Positions 47,678-48,242 of a DNA stretch of 48,242 nucleotides are shown one piece after another (within the stretch, counting starts at the first letter, position 1; the number at the start of each line of letters is the position of its first letter). The DNA comes from Chiloscyllium plagiosum (taxonomy: Eukaryota): assembly GCF_004010195.1 (NCBI RefSeq), contig NC_057719.1, positions 79,411,261 through 79,459,502 of the forward strand. Reading direction: 5' to 3'. The notes beneath the pieces were generated by a model, which was not told the DNA's origin, ran no database searches, and saw only the letters and a program-made list of their open reading frames with translations. The translations under genes and the position numbers were made by a program.

Positions 47678-48242
47678 CTACAGAAAGAAAGTGTGTACAC
47701 TGTCAGAGCACAACATCAGAATGGAGAGAGAAAATGTAACCTTATCCCCACTGCACCAGTATTGCTCCAATAATTATTTCCCCAACTCACAAATGACATG
47801 ACATTATTCCCCCACCCCAACTACCATCTCTGTCCCAGCATTAGTTCCTTATCACACCCCTTCATCACCCACCTTGCTGCCTTGGCATCATCTCAACCTC
47901 CCAGTGTTGTCCCATTCCCATGCAATCAAATCCACTACCGTTACCCATCTCCCACTACCCAAGTGTTGCCAGTCTATACAATTGCCCAAGTGCCCCATCT
48001 CACCTTGTACTGGCCCAGTATTGCAGCCAATGCCCCCATTTCACCGTCCCAATATGGCAGTGTTACCTTTCAGTGCAATACCCATTGGCATTTTGCCCCC
48101 ATTTCCACTGGTTCCACTGTTACCGCAGATTCTATCAGCCTTTGAACAGCGTTAGTGTACCTTCCCGTTGCCCAGTTAACATCTCACCATTCCACTGTTG
48201 TCCACCCCTCCGACCTTTCCATCCCAGACCCACCGTCAACGT

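Noticed and set aside
47700..48242. SRP14 exon 1, or a regular tandem/CRISPR-like array in the C-rich end of the window
   Set aside because: No MVLLE-like coding sequence with a donor is present. The repeats (cccatt.., cccagt..) are irregular low-complexity sequence with no fixed repeat-spacer period.

Overview
Vertebrate genomic DNA, almost certainly from a shark or other elasmobranch, inferred from HE1/V-SINE-type SINEs, CR1-clade LINEs and Penelope-like repeats. Two genes converge tail to tail. On the + strand is the 3' part of PLEKHG3 (RhoGEF). Nine coding exons were reconstructed by hand from GT-AG sites and phase continuity: 436-522, 1092-1125, 2409-2510, 5643-5681, an 11-nt microexon at 8465-8475, 14092-14427, 19023-19139, 23738-25529 and 27301-28448. 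They total 3666 nt in one open frame ending in TAA. On the - strand are SRP14 exons 2-5 (47605-47677, 42919-43031, 41510-41542, 37903-37992), none of which appear in the ORF track; exon 1 lies beyond the window. The rest is mostly decayed transposable elements. The most notable non-genic signal is a set of minimal hammerhead-ribozyme motifs carried by short Penelope-like insertions. Several of these have target-site duplications and inverted or palindromic duplications, and one intact core lies in the sense orientation of the SRP14 pre-mRNA. Other points of interest are the PLEKHG3-SRP14 adjacency (unlike human), a probable 3'-transduction retro-insertion next to an SRP14 splice donor, and a CTCF-like site. 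Gene and repeat-family names come from recalled sequence similarity, not database searches, and repeat boundaries are approximate.
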